A stretch of DNA of 64,000 bases from Vicugna vicugna (GCA_013265495.1 MU063738.1:868001-932000), one strand, 5' to 3'; counted from the first letter of the stretch, positions 1 through 12,679 are shown. Notes: a model not told the origin generated them from the letters alone. Translations and numbers: made by a program.

Positions 1-1289
1 GAACCCAGGACCTGGTGCCTGCTAAGCACGTGCCCCACCCCTCCTCAGCTCTGCTGGTTTTGAGCCTCCACTAAAATGGCTCCCACGGGGCCGACCCCCC
101 TTGGAGATGAGTCCTGTTCCCAGCCAAATGCTGACTTGAGAAGTAACCCCTGCCCCTCCCTCCCCTACTCCTTCTCCAAAGGAATAGAATCCAGATCCCA
201 GGTTCTAGTTCAAACCCCCAGCGGGGACTTCGGATGACCTCCCTGCTCTGGCCTCTCCCTCCGGGGGCCAAGCCCTGCCCCACTGGTCATCTCACAGCCT
301 CCCCGGCCTCCCGGGGGTATTGGGACCTGGGACTTGCGCCCCTCCCTTGAGGTCACTGCAGGCATGGCCCAGAGCGTGACTCCTGAAGACCAGTGCCTGG
401 CCTCCAGTCCTGGCTGGACCACCTGGGGATGTCACTCAGCCTCCACTCCTCTGTCAGGTACACAGGGCCCGCAGCGACAAGTAACACTCGGCACGCGTGG
501 AGTGGTTGCTGTGCACCAGGACGTCTTCCGAGCACTTCGCTTATGCTGGCACACTTCACCCCCACAGAATCCTAGGAGAGTGCTGGCATCATCGCAGAGG
601 CACAGAGAGGTTTGTCACCTGCCCAAGGTTGCACAGCCAGCAAGCAGCAAGGCCGCAATGTGAAGAGGGCTGGGGTCCCGACGCTCGCATAGCTGTCAGA
701 CGGGTAAGAGGGCGCCGTGCAGGGCGCGGCTCAGAGGAAGCAGGTTAAGTGTCAGCCACTGCTGTTCAGTGTTCCTGTGACCTCCCGTCCCAGCTCCTGG
801 ACCTGGCCGTCTGCTGGGTCCCAGCTGCCTACCCTGTTTATCCAAACCCGGCCTCGGAAGGTCCTGCACTCCACACCTGTCTGCCTCACAGCGGCCCTGA
901 CCTGCCTGAGCCCTGAGAACACAGCTAATATCGCCTGCCTGGAGCTTGGACTGTGTTTTCTAGTCAATTGTCTGCATGTCCTCTCTCCACGGACGGCTGG
1001 GACACAGCCCAGCTTAGCCTGACAGTCCCCAGAGGGCAGGAACACGGCAGGGCCAACACAGCGTGAAATGACAGAGTTTGGGGATGACAGAGCCGTGGCA
1101 TCCTGGGCTTGGCTCGGGTCGGGGGAGATGCCGGCGGGGACTGGCTCACTGGACCTGGCAGAGGCAAGAGAAACCCAGCCCAGCTTGCACAGGGCGCAGT
1201 TAACCCAGCGGGTCCGGCAGCACAAAGAGGGCGACATTGACAGGCCTGGGTGCAGCCCCCTCGCTGTGCATCCTCAGACAAGTCGTTTT

Positions 1290-1432
1290 CCATAACCTCT
1301 CTGAGCTGAGCTCCCGCATCTGCACAGAACAGCTGTCCCAACTGCAAAGGTGTGTAAGGTGCTTACAAGGGACATCACGGGGAGTGCTTGGCGCTGCGCC
1401 CTGCACAAGGTAAGTGCTCAATAAACAGCAGT
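1290..1432 (+). mobile_element. MIR SINE fragment
   Basis: aacctctctgagc...gtaagtgctcaataaa resembles the MIR core and 3' end. Confidence 0.6.
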
Positions 1433-2591
1433 CATCACCGCTGGGTCCTCTCTGAGTCCGGGAAGCCGAAGGCAGTGGTCCTGATTTCTGCTCATCTGCC
1501 AACGACTGCCCTGAACCTCTCTGTCCTCGTCGAAAATGAGGCCACATTTGGGTGAAGCCAAAGTCTGCTAGAGCTTTGACTTCCTGGGTCCTTTGAGCTC
1601 CTTCGCAGCCCTGGGAGACTTGGATCTGGCCTGAGGTCGTGCCTGGGAGCCCAGAGCAAAGCCACCCCCAAGGGGAGGTGCCAGCCCTGCTCCTGCCCGG
1701 GGAAGGTCCCCCGGGCCCGAAGTCTCTCCGGCTCCAGAACCCACACAGCGTGAAAAGCTTATATGCGGCCTGGAGATGGAGTCAGCTCAAGCACCGAGAG
1801 GCAGGAAGGGAGGCAAACGGGCCCAGTGTGAGGCCACCTCCCCATGGCCCCCGCAGCCTCGCGTGAGAAGCGAGGCGGGTTGGGGGAGCCTGGCTTGTTC
1901 CCCAGTGACGTGTGCTACGAGGAGAAAAGACCCCTTCATGACGTGGCTACTCAGTGCTCCCTCAACACGCCACAGAGCGGGAACAATGAAGGAGTCAGTG
2001 TCAGCCTCGGGGCGACCCTTCCCATCCCCTGCACATGCCTCGCACACGTGGGCCCCCAGGGACGCCAGCCTGGCTTTCCAAATTAGGATCTGACAGAGCC
2101 TGGATGCTGCTCTGTGCTGATGGCACAGCTGGGGGCGAGGGGGGTCAGGGCCCACCGCGGACACCCCCACACTCGCCCAGGGCAGAGGTGGAGGGAGCAG
2201 CTGATTGTGGAAGGCCAACCCCAGCACCCTGAGGGCGGCAGGTTCTCGCGGGAAATTCTCTTCCTGCTACACAAAGACTGTTCACCCTCCTGTGGGCTCT
2301 GTTCACAGGCAGAGCACGGGCGGGTGGCCGACCTCCTCGCCTGGGCCGCCTCAGCGCTCCCGAGGAGCAGGTGGGGAAGTGGGGACGACGCAGTCTCCAG
2401 GTGAGGCTCCCCGGGCTGCGCGCTGACCGAGAACGCCCTGAAGGCAGGTCCCGACTTAATCACCTTCTACCCTGGGTGGAGCTCAGTGTCGCACGAGGCA
2501 AACGTGCTCACGGAAGCGTTGATGAGCGAAGACAGTGACCAGCGAGCCTGTCCTGCCCGGGGCGTCTCCCCCTTCCTCTTCTTTCCGTTGT

Positions 2592-2765
2592 TAAGCTGAA
2601 GTCTAGTCAGTTTACAATGTTGCGTCAATTCCTGGTGCCCAGCATCGTGTCTCGGTCATGCACGCACACACACACACATTTGTTTTCATGTTCTTTTCGT
2701 TATAGGTGACGACACGGCACTGAGCAGAGCTCCATGCACCCTACGCAAGACACCTGTTTTTATCT
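2592..2765 (-). mobile_element. L1 3'UTR end, cetartiodactyl/camelid type, containing a (CA)n tract at 2661-2678
   Basis: tgaagtctagtcagtttacaatgttgcgtcaattcctggtg... resembles the reverse complement of an artiodactyl L1 tail. Confidence 0.7.
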
Positions 2766-3384
2766 CTCTCCCTTCCTCTTGTCTCTGGCCTTTTCAGGCT
2801 CAGAGGACAGGCTCCCCGACGAAGCACAGGCAGACCCCAAATCTCTCCCCCATCCCGCCCGTCAAAGAGCGTGCGATATCCTTGCCCGAGATGGACCCTG
2901 TGACCTCAGCCAGGGCGGGAGCAGAGGCGGTGCGGGGACCCTGCCCCTCCCCTGAGACCCCGAGGAAGCAGTGGCGCTCTGCCGTCTACCAGACCCTTCA
3001 GACAGAGCTGGGGAGGCTGGTCCTCCCGCCCAGCCCAGGGGCTCCCGCAGCCGGTCTGCGGGACGGCAAAGCGAATGTCCTCTCGCCCGCCCATCGGATG
3101 GTAATCGTGAGCGGTACCGGGTGGGTGAGGTCATCAGGCCCGCGCGATGTTGCACACACATGAGGAAGCCATTACTGACAAAACTGCAGATGTGAAAATA
3201 GAGCTGCACATAGTTTCCTGGTTACCACATGCTAGTGCTGATGGACTTTTAGTGCCAGCGAAATGTGGCTTCCTTCTGGCCCCCGCCACAGCCCACCTCC
3301 CCGCACGTGCGCTCACTGTGGGAGGCGTGGCTGACTTTCTAGACGCCCCGTGTCTCCCCCACGACCCTCCTCCCCAGGGCTCAC

Positions 3385-3483
3385 CGCGGAAGGGGGGTGA
3401 TGCTATCCTGACCACCGCTGGGGGCCGGGCCGGCGCAGGACCAACAGAGCCAGCTCCAGGCCGAGAGGGACACCCGCCACCCC
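3385..3483 (-). CDS. Candidate 99-nt symmetric (phase 1-1) coding exon GGGCPSRPGAGSVGPAPARPPAVVRIASPPFR
   Basis: Acceptor ccttctttgtcccctgcag|G and donor GCG|GTGAGC. Open in the frame required after exon 4400-4503. No homology recognised. Confidence 0.35.
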
Positions 3484-4399
3484 CTGCAGGGGACAAAGAA
3501 GGCCGGGCCAGCCGTCACCGGTGTCCAGTGACATCAGGGTCAGGCTGTGTCCAAGCCCCAGCTTTGCCACTGGAGCAGGGCCCTGAGACGAGGCTGAGAG
3601 ACAAACCCTCCAGACAGGCTCAGGTTTGCCAAAGCAAGTCCTCTCCTTTCTTGGGATGAACCCTCCTTGCAAGCTGAAGGGTGGTGCTGGTTCCCTACAG
3701 GGCAGAGTCTCGGGCACCTCTGCAGCGGACCACAGCCGTCCTCTAGGCGCGTCTTAATGGTGCAAGCAAATGCACACACACCCCTAAACCCTGCAAGGAG
3801 CAGAATCGGACCCCCTGGGGCCTGACCCACGCACACAAGGCGCTCGCCCACCTCTCCTCACCCCTCCACCCAGACACCTCCTGAGACCTGCTGCGACGCG
3901 ACGGCCGTGCCTCGGCCCGCGGCCCTCGGGGAGCACCACTCGCTTGTTCGTGAATCGGGGGCCTCCTCGGGAGGCGCACATTCTGGTTCCCGCGGTGCTG
4001 AGGTGCCGTGAACAGCACTGTGCGCGTCGGGGGTGGGGTTCTGGCTACAGGAGGCTGTGGGGAGGTGGCCGCATGGGCGTGGCCTGCTGATGTGGGTCTA
4101 GGGGAGGGAGCGCACGGCGGGCCACTGGTCAGGTGGCCTTGCACTGCCTCCCAGCTACACACGCAGCACCTTCCGGGATAAACAGGATGCCCGCTGGCCG
4201 CTTTCCTTCCCTGACTTGCTCGGGGGTGGGAGGGCCAACCCTGCAAGGAGTCAGGTGTGGCGAGAACTCTAAGTGCAACTAACAGGTCGCGGCCTTGGCG
4301 TGAAGAGATGTGGCCGTTTGGCCGGGCCACTCCTCCCACGTGGGCGGTGAGAGAGTTCTGGTCCAGCGGCCTCTCCCCCAGAAGTCTGCCCTCACTTAC

Positions 4400-4503
4400 C
4401 CCTGCACGAGAGGCTCTCCTCAGTCCCGCCGGGGGGGCCAGAGTAGCCATCAGGAGCCCAGCTGCCCTGGCAGAGGGGGCCAGGTTCCTGGTCTGTCTGC
4501 GCC
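4400..4503 (-). CDS. Next coding exon (104 nt): (R)AQTDQEPGPLCQGSWAPDGYSGPPGGTEESLSCR
   Basis: Acceptor cccttttgtgtcccgcag|G and consensus donor GGG|GTAAGT. Enters in phase 2, matching the upstream exon, and stays open; exits in phase 1. The join gives TATVAPFQYRAQTD, similar to NAV2 TATVAPFLYRSQTD as recalled. Confidence 0.8.
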
Positions 4504-7500
4504 CTGCGGGACACAAAAGGGTGGTCACTCACGGTGGAGGCTGCCCTGGCCTCAAAGCCTCTCCCCGGGACTATGGAAACCCCTTGGAACCTGGTTCTTC
4601 CCCTCTGCTGTACCCTGCACCCTTCTGAACTGGGCCCCCAGTGGGCACACATGTGCACCCCAGTGAGCAGCAGGCCTTCTAGGCAAAATGAGGCTGGGTC
4701 GGGGGTGGGGGCACCCCGTGTCACCAGGACACCTGATGCCAGTGGCCCTTTAGTGTCTACCGATTCCTAGGAACATGAGTCACCCATGGGGCAGGCAGCA
4801 GGACCCCCAGTGACGCTGGGCCTTGGGTCCCACGTCCTGCTGTGCACCCTGCCCTCCGGCTGTACACACGCCCAGAGAGGGGCTCCCTCTGAGGCCGAGG
4901 TCACTGATCCCGCAGGAGAGTCTGGGGGGCCCGGTCCTCACAGTCCAGGCAGCGAGGGGGTCAGAGAGGAGGGCCAGCCCTGCCAGGATCACAGCGACTC
5001 TCGGGAGAAGTCCTGGCTGGGCCAAGCAAGAAGGAAGGGTGAGGCCTCCCAAGCGCACGCAGACGTCCGAGCACAACCCAGCCGTACAATCGCTCCTGGG
5101 AACAAAGGCTGTAGGAGCTTTTATTATAGGCAATTACCCGGCTCTCAGAGCTGGCCCGCCCACCGTCCGCCCGCTGTCTCCAGCTAAATGGACCCCTTGG
5201 CAGCTTGGCAGTGGGCGTGGGGAAGGCGGTACAGCGGGAGGAGAAACCGACGGCGGGCCAGGCCGGGGCCAGGGCGAGGCTGGGGCCCTGTGAGCCTCAG
5301 CACTACTGAGATGTGCCTTCCCCTCTCTCCAGTCTGCACTTCTCCAGCACACTGGGTCCAGCTGTTAACTCGCTGTGTAACGCAGAGCACGTGTCAGACA
5401 CTCAGGTCAGCCTGACGGTCGGTCGGGGGCTGGGTGAGGGGCTTGCCGGCTCTTCAAAGCCAGGCAGGCAGTTGTGAGGCCTTGAGGGTCTGCAGACCTC
5501 TGAGCTGGGGTGGGGACGGAGCAGGCTGGGGGAACTCAGAGGCAGCAGGGGGCCCCACCTTGCCTGGGGACTGCTAGGAGTGACGCGGTCAGCCACCACG
5601 TGCCCCACAGGGACGGAACACCACGGGACAAAGGGAAACCAGAATTGGTTGGTTTCTTGAAAGAAACGAGCAGAGACCCAGGTTCCTGGAGGAAAGGCTG
5701 CAACACATTGGTGAGACGGTGACAGGACGTCCTGCTGGAGAAGGGGATTCTCTACGGTGCATCACTGAATGGCATCACTTGTGCAGAGCCTGGCCGCCCC
5801 GCCCAGGGCGGCAGGCAGTGCCGGTAGACGCAGGAACCGTTTGCTGTTCGTTAACATTGCCGCCATCAGGCAAGGGCCAGTGCCGGTGCACGTGGGCCAG
5901 GCACGCCCGTCCCGGGGCAGCAGGGAAGGCGGCCTTCACTGCGCTCATCTCGGGCGGGGCTGCGCTTCCGTGCCCACCTGCCTCCGCCGCCCCGCCCAGG
6001 CTGCCGTGGCCCCCTCATTTCCCAGCCCGAGCGGACAGCACCATCTACTCTGGAGGGGAGTTGAAGGCTGAACCAGAGGGAAGAAAACCCATGACCGGAC
6101 ACTCCCGCCGCCCTTAACCGCACCCTCCTAACCGAAGTCTGACCAAAGGCCCGCGGCGGGGGGAGGGGAGACCTGCCCGGGAAGAAACCACCTCCGGGGG
6201 CCCTTCTCCAGGAGGGCAGGGGCGAGTGAGTTCGGGAGCTGAAGGAGCCAGATGTCTGAGGCCAGAGGGTCCGGAGCAGACCGTCTCTGGTCCTGGGGAC
6301 AGGGGTGTCCAGAGGGAGGCTGTCCCTGGGTCCTAGGGAAGGATGGAGGAGCTGGCTGTGGCGGCAGGGCAGGGGATGACCGCCATGGCTTCATTCCCTG
6401 AAGAAGCAGGTCAGCCAGGAGCCACCTGGAGGCAGGGAGGGGAGACTGGAACCTTGGCTTGTGTGATGGGCTGGAGCTTTGCAGAGGAGGCCAAGGTACG
6501 GGGTGGAGGGGGTAGAGTCCCATGAAAACAGGGTCCGTGAGCTCCAGGGAGCAGATGGCACCTTCCTGCAAGGACGGCCCAGCCCCGCGCTTGGCTGAGT
6601 TGCCCAAGGCAGTAGCTCCAGGCTCTGCAGGGTGTGGGGGTTTGCACCCTGCCCACTGCCCACAGTGCTGTGGGGGGGTGTCCTTGGTCCCAGTGTTGCC
6701 CTGCCCGAACCATGACCCTCCTGCAACCCTGACCCAGGGCCTGGGACAGGCAGGGTCTAGGAGGTGTGATGGTGTGACACTTCTCCATTTAAAATGCAAA
6801 CAGACAGCTGATGTTTGCTGAGCGGAGGTTGCATTGAATCGTTCACAGGAAAAAGTCCTGACCTCTTTGGAAAATGTCAGAATCGAAATCTGCCAGGAGG
6901 CTTGGAGGGTAGATGACGTAGGGTCTGAAACAGTGTAACTCCTGGACACTTTTCCTCTGAGAAGGAATTCAAAATGAAGGCGCTCAGGCAGGGGAAGCCA
7001 GTCCCGGAGTCCGCAGGGAGACAGGGCTCCGGCTGGAAAAGGGCCGCTCCCTGGAAGGGCTGCCCTGCATTTCTGCCTCCTCGGGTTCTCCCACCAGCTT
7101 GGGAGTCAGAGTGGAGAAGGTCACGGGGAAGACGTGAGCGGCTTCTCGGGAACGGGCGCTGGGTGCGCAGGGCGCCGTTGGGAGAGACGCCATGAGAGGC
7201 GGGGGTTGGGGGGAGGATTCCGCTGGGGGAGGAGCCGGCTGGGGTCCGCAGTGACGGGAAGCCCACGGCCGTGGGTGCCTTGTAAACCCCTCTGCTTGCT
7301 GGGAAGTTCTTCCTCCTGAGCTTCAGATCTCCCCTGACGTCCAACCACCACGACGCTGACTCGTGCTCCGGAGCTGCACATTTCAGAACAGCTCTCGGAC
7401 CCTCTCTCAGCCTTCCTTTTCCAGAGCAAGCTGCTCCGGCTCCTTTAATCATTCCTCTAACACCTTTTTGGCTCCCTCCCCAAACTGTCAGCCTTTCTCT

Positions 7501-7942
7501 AGATGTGTTTTCGTGCACCAGGGTCCTTTTAAAATGTGGAGCTGGTAACTGAGTGTAACCCTCTGAAGGAGGCCAGACGGGCAGAGGACAGGGAGCTCTC
7601 CCCTCCCTCGTCAGGGCCCAGCCTTCTGTCACTGTGGCTAAGACAGCTGCAGACATCTCAGGGGTCAAGTCGCACTCTTGGCTTCCAGTGAAGAGTTGCA
7701 GCTCCCAGCAGACTCCACCCCAGCCCAGACGCTGCAACAACGCCCCCGAGACTCTCCGTGTCCAGGGAGCTCCTCCCAAATCCAGAGTGAGTGGGCCCTC
7801 GAACCCAGACAGAGCACAAACCCAGGAAGTTAGGCTGGTCAGGAAGGCACCGAATTTGCATCTGGGCATCTCCAAACCATGTCGTACTTAGTAATTAGAA
7901 GGCTGTTTACTCACTGTGGCCGTTTTAGGAAAGAGTTACATT

Positions 7943-7948
7943 TTTATT
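7943..7948 (-). terminator. Possible intronic polyadenylation signal AATAAA
   Basis: tttatt on the plus strand, about 310 nt downstream of the TGA at 8254-8252; the downstream GU-rich element is weak. Confidence 0.25.
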
Positions 7949-8255
7949 GAGAAAGCAGTTGATGCAGGCGTTTTTCTGTGCTCTCGACTTGCCGCATCTG
8001 AAGGCTGGGCACACCAGCTTGTTCGCGGTGTTGGTAGGAGGTGGCCCAGCCCAGTGTGGCCACAGAAGAAGCCTGGCGGCTCACTTTTGGGACACTAGGC
8101 AGGTAAACAGATGTGCCCGGGGCAGGAGGGTGGGTGGAGAGAGAGGACACACAGGCGGACACGAGGGAGCCCTGGGAGCCCCGTGGAGGCCCCTTAGGAC
8201 TTCAGGCAGCAGGAACTGAAGGCACAGACGTGAAGACGTACTCAGTCCGACTCAC

Positions 8256-8354
8256 GGTGGTGGCGGCTGTCCTGGGTGAGGTGGGTACAACCGACCGACC
8301 AGCCTACCCATGTACCTAGCTGCCTCTTCATCCGTGGTACCTAGTGCACTGTCT
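8256..8354 (-). CDS. Candidate 99-nt symmetric (phase 2-2) cassette or alternative terminal exon DSALGTTDEEAARYMGRLVGRLYPPHPGQPPP
   Basis: Acceptor tctctcctgctctcag|A and donor ACC|GTGAGT. In frame with exon 8586-9321. Reading through the donor hits TGA at 8254-8252. Confidence 0.3.
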
Positions 8355-8585
8355 CTGAGAGCAGGAGAGATGGACCCACCGGGGGCTCCCTCCTTGCCAG
8401 CCTCTGTGTCTTGTGGCGTCCCCAGAGTTGAATCAGGGTCCCCTTGTTCTGGCCTCAATCCTGCCCTGTTCTCCATGCCCTGCCCCGCCCACCTTCTGTT
8501 TGCTCCACCAGCCCCCTTCCCTCCGTGGGCCCCTGCGTCCCAGCTCCATTCCTCGCTCCTCCTTCCGCCTGCCCCCGCTGCTCAC

Positions 8586-9283
8586 CTGTACTGGAAGGGG
8601 GCCACCGTGGCTGTGACCGGCTGGCTCTGCTGATGGGCGGAGGAGAAGCTGATGGGCCCTAGGGCGGGGGCCGGGCGGGGGCTGTGCGCAGGGCTGCAGA
8701 CTGGAGAGGACGGCCCGGAAGCTGCCCTGGTGTCAGGTTCCAACGACCTGGGGCCCCCGGAGCTTCTGTAGGTCAGATCTCTTTGATCTTTTCCTGGGTA
8801 GTTAGATGGAGCCCCTGGTATCTGAGTTTCTCCATGAGAACTGGTCCGGAAGGGGCTCCTGCCCCGAGTCTGGTGAGCCGGAACCCCTTCCGGGGCCACC
8901 TTCTTCCTTCCCTGGGCACCCTGTGTCTCCCCAGCTCTTCTGGACCCAGTCCGGCTAGAGAGGACTGCTTTGGGGGCCGTCCTGGGACTGCTCCATGGGG
9001 AGCCAGCGTGGCTCTCAGCAACCTCGGCTGACTCCCTGGCAGCCCCAGGAGCCTTGGGGGAGCCTCTCCCCCGGGACGCCTTAGGAGATGAGCCTCTGGA
9101 AGGGCCTCCAGCCTTGCCCAGTCTTGGGGAGGCCGCCCGCTGGGGGCTCAGGGCCAGGCCGGCCTGGCGTGGCCGCAGCCGGGGAGATACAGCCGGTGTC
9201 TGCATCCTGGTCTGGGAAGCAGCGCGAGGCACGGGGATGGAGGAGGCGTAGTGGGTGCGGCTGGCAGAGTTCACACTGGCCAT
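8586..9283 (-). CDS. Start-codon coding exon (full exon 8586-9321) of an unidentified gene; 233-aa Ser/Pro/Arg-rich N-terminus MASVNSASRTHYASSIPVPR...QPVTATVAPFQY(R)
   Basis: Acceptor ctctcctctccctgcag|T (AG at 9323-9322). In-frame TAG at 9316-9314 lies upstream of an ATG at 9283 in strong Kozak context (GGGATGG). The frame is open for 698 nt to donor CAG|GTGAGC (GT at 8585-8584), phase 2. Peptide has SSIP (aa14-17), TQIP (aa153-156) and 11 SP sites. Confidence 0.85.
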
Positions 9284-10339
9284 CCCGTCCACGGTCAGCG
9301 AGGCCGGCGGGGACTACAGCACTGCAGGGAGAGGAGAGTGGATGGTCAGGTGCTGTCCCCGAGCCTATGAAGACCGTGTGGGGCGGCAGGACAAGGCTCT
9401 GGGACTCCTGAGCTCACTTCTGGCTCGGTCCTGGGCTGCCTGCCCAGTTCCAGGCAAACCCCTTCCCCTCTTGCTCTGAAAGGCTGTTTGAGGCTCATGT
9501 GCAAACACATATGTGCAAATGCTCCCTGAATTGCAGCTCGCTGTATGATGGGGTCGTTGAACCCTCCTCGACTCCGCTCCTGCCCACTGATAGGGGCAGA
9601 CTCCCATTCTCCCAGCCCCTCCCTCTCGGATCATTCTTTGTACCTGAGTCTAGAATGTTCTGCCCATGGTGAACCAACTCCCTATGCCGTCAGCCTGCAC
9701 CTGCCACTTGTCCATTTAACTGACACCCAGCTCTCCCCAGGACACCTCCCCAGGGGGGTGGAACCTTCCAGACCCACCAGCCCATCACGATTACAAATTA
9801 TAAACGTGAACCCCCCCTTCCCCTTGGCCAGGATCCCACTACCTAGCCCATCCCAGCCTCTGTCACCAGTGCCATCTCCCCTGCCCCCACCACTGCTCCC
9901 ACTCCCCCAGGCACTGGCGACTGGGGCACTTGGCTAGCAGTCTTTCCAGCCCATTCTTACCCAGCTCCTGACCTGGCAAAACTGGCCCCTCCATCCCCTC
10001 CTCTAGTGTCAGAGATGCATGTCCCCTCCATGAGATAAAGGGAGACCCCTCTACATGCCCCCTGCCACCTGCCCCCAGTCCCTCTCTCTGGACCCAGACC
10101 CATGAATTATCCCATCTTCCTCCCGTATCAACCTCTCCTCCTTGACCAGCTTCCCCTCCCTGCCACATTAATTAATGAATTCGTTAATCTATTAATCACT
10201 TTCATTTCAGAGGGAATTTGAAGCCAGCTACAAGGATGCATGCAACGAACTCCCGAGGGAAGAAAGAGCTCAGTGTGGAGAGCCAGCCCCCGAAGAGCTC
10301 GCAGGACACATGCAAGGGCGTCTCCGTGACTTTGTTGTG

Positions 10340-11100
10340 GGAAAGGCCTCTATAAACACCACATCGAAGGCAGGAGTCTTAAAGGGAACCTGATGGGTTT
10401 GAGGGCATAAAGATTAAAATCCCTGCGTGGACAAAAAGGCCCTTTCCAAAGGTTCAGACCATCAATAAACTGCAAACATACTCGCACCATACATGAGAGG
10501 CAAGGAACTGACACCATCGCGTACAGGGAGCTCCACCACGGAGAGAAAAAGCTCATACCCCCAGAAAGAGAGGCCCCAGGGCTGAACAAGAATCCACAAA
10601 ATCATAAATAAAATCGGCCAAACCGTAACAAAAACAAAGAGCGTCATGAAAACTGAAGAGACGCAAATTAAATAAGTTTCATTTGTTGCTCTCAAATTTA
10701 CTCTCTCAGAAAATGATCTTTGCCAGTCTTGGTATGAGAGCGGGGCCCCAGGAGAAGCTGTCCTTGGGGAGTGCTCTCAGACGCAGGCAAACATTTACAC
10801 GAGGAAGACGCTCACGGTGGCTCCTGAGGGCAAACCAGCCTTGGGTGGAGACGGAGGCGGAGGACATCGGCACAGAGGAAAGGCCACCAGAGCACGGCCG
10901 GTCACCCAGGACCACGGGGACGTGCCCTTCCTACTGAGCAGAGAGCTGTCGGCAACAGCACGGGGTTGTTGATGGCTGGTGCCGACCCCTCCCCGACTTC
11001 TGACCCTGTGGTCCGGGTGGTTACAGCTCAGATGTAAGAAGCCGGCGTAGACCTTTGAGCGTCGATGGGTTTATGGAACCACAGCTTGAAATGACTGTGG
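10340..11100 (+). mobile_element. Old L1 (L1ME-like) ORF2 3' fragment
   Basis: A-rich segment colinear with the recalled L1M ORF2 3' region (ataaagattaaaat...gcaaattaaa...). Confidence 0.6.
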
Positions 11101-12679
11101 GACTCAAGGCTGCTGTACTGACAGATGAAGTAACTTCCACGAGAAACAGAAATGCCCGGACCCCTCCCCCCTTCCTCCACGCCACACGTCGATGACCTGA
11201 TCCCAGCAGTGGACGAGCAGGAGCACGCCCACCTCCTCCAGCAGAGAAGGACCGAGCAGCCTGTGCGATCACAGCCAAGGCAGCTCCTCCACCCCTCCAG
11301 TCAGCCATCCCCCGGATCCACGGGCACATCTGGGGCTCGCCTGACCCCACCTCCTCCCCGTCTGCTCGTGCACCCCGACCACCCACGAGCCACAGCCTGA
11401 AACGACAGTCTGAGTGGCCCTCTGCTTGCCATGTCCCCAGCCCAGCACACCAAGGACAGCCGGGCAGGAGGGCCTGGGAAGTCTTCCATCAAGGGACTCG
11501 GAGGGTGCCAAGCAGGGACTGCCCATGGCTGTGAGAATTTGGGTAGATTTTTGGCTCTGTCTGCAAAATGGGAGTGATATGAAATCTATAAACTGCAGTC
11601 GGGTGGAGAAATGGAGCGTCTCCAAAACAAGACAAGAACACCGAACCTCACCCAGGCCTCGGGACCTGCAGCAGAACCTTCCCTGCAGAGGGGAGGGCAG
11701 CTTTACCACGCCACCCCTGCCCTCCACCCACCCCGCCAGCGATCAGCTCCACGCGTCTCTGACGATGCTGTGCAGGACCCTAGGCCCAAGTGCGGACTTG
11801 CTCACAGGTCATGTGGCCCTGAGCTGCTGACCTTGGCCTCCGGCACAGGGCTGGGCCACGCCCTGACTGGCTGAGCTAACCAGCTAACTGCCCACAAGAA
11901 GCCCCCGATCCCTGACTGGCTGCAGCCACAGCTCTGCGATGTCAGCATCCCCAGGTCCAGTCCTGCCTCTCCCCATCAAGCCCCCGGGTGGGGACAAAGC
12001 CATGCAGTGTCCCAGACCCCCACTCTGGGAGCTATGTCTGTGAGAGGACCCAGAACCGCAACTTGCTCTGCCTGCATCTCTCCTGGGCCCTGCCCCACCC
12101 TGCCCACCAGGTGGTTCTGCCCAGGACCTTCCAGGAGCCCAACTCACCCACATTGTCTTCAGTGCATCCCCAGCTCCCCTACTGAGACTCTCCTGGGCCC
12201 GCATCTCAGGGCCCCGGGTGTTGATCTGGGCCTGGCTGGGTGTCCAGCCGGAGTGCCCTGAGGCCGAGGGGCCCACCTCGCCCTCTCTCGCTGATGGAGC
12301 AGAGGCAGTTGAGGCTTTTCCTCCATCTTTCCCTCAGGTTTTCAAAAGCTCGCTGGGAGAGGATTTAAACCGTCCTGTGGGTGGTCACAGCAGCCATGCT
12401 CTCCCTCTGCCCCGCCGTCACCTGGACCCGGAGCAGCAGGTGCAGGGGAGGTGGGGGCAACCACTGTCCCAGGTGGGAGCCTGGGGGAGTCAGACCACCT
12501 GTGAGGGGGGAGGGCTCCCCAAGCAAAGGGAGTGGTTTCAGCCTGGCAGGAAAGGAGCTTCCCAGTTTGCCTTCAGAGAGAGAGCTCACAGGTGCTCAGT
12601 GTCTTTAAAAGGATGTCAAAGGAAACAGACAGACCCCTCTGTCCCACAGGGAGTAACAGTATCTCCCTTTCACTGGGAC

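Noticed and set aside
6877-7875. 332-aa minus-strand ORF
   Set aside because: No recognisable domain, Trp/Cys/Arg/Pro-rich composition typical of non-coding GC-rich frames, no matching splice structure.
8586-9283. Assigning NAV1/2/3 or another gene symbol to the coding exons
   Set aside because: Only one short motif matches from memory. No CH or AAA domain is visible, and the ATG is preceded by an in-frame stop, unlike the internal position of this motif in NAV2. I could not recognise the true orthologue.
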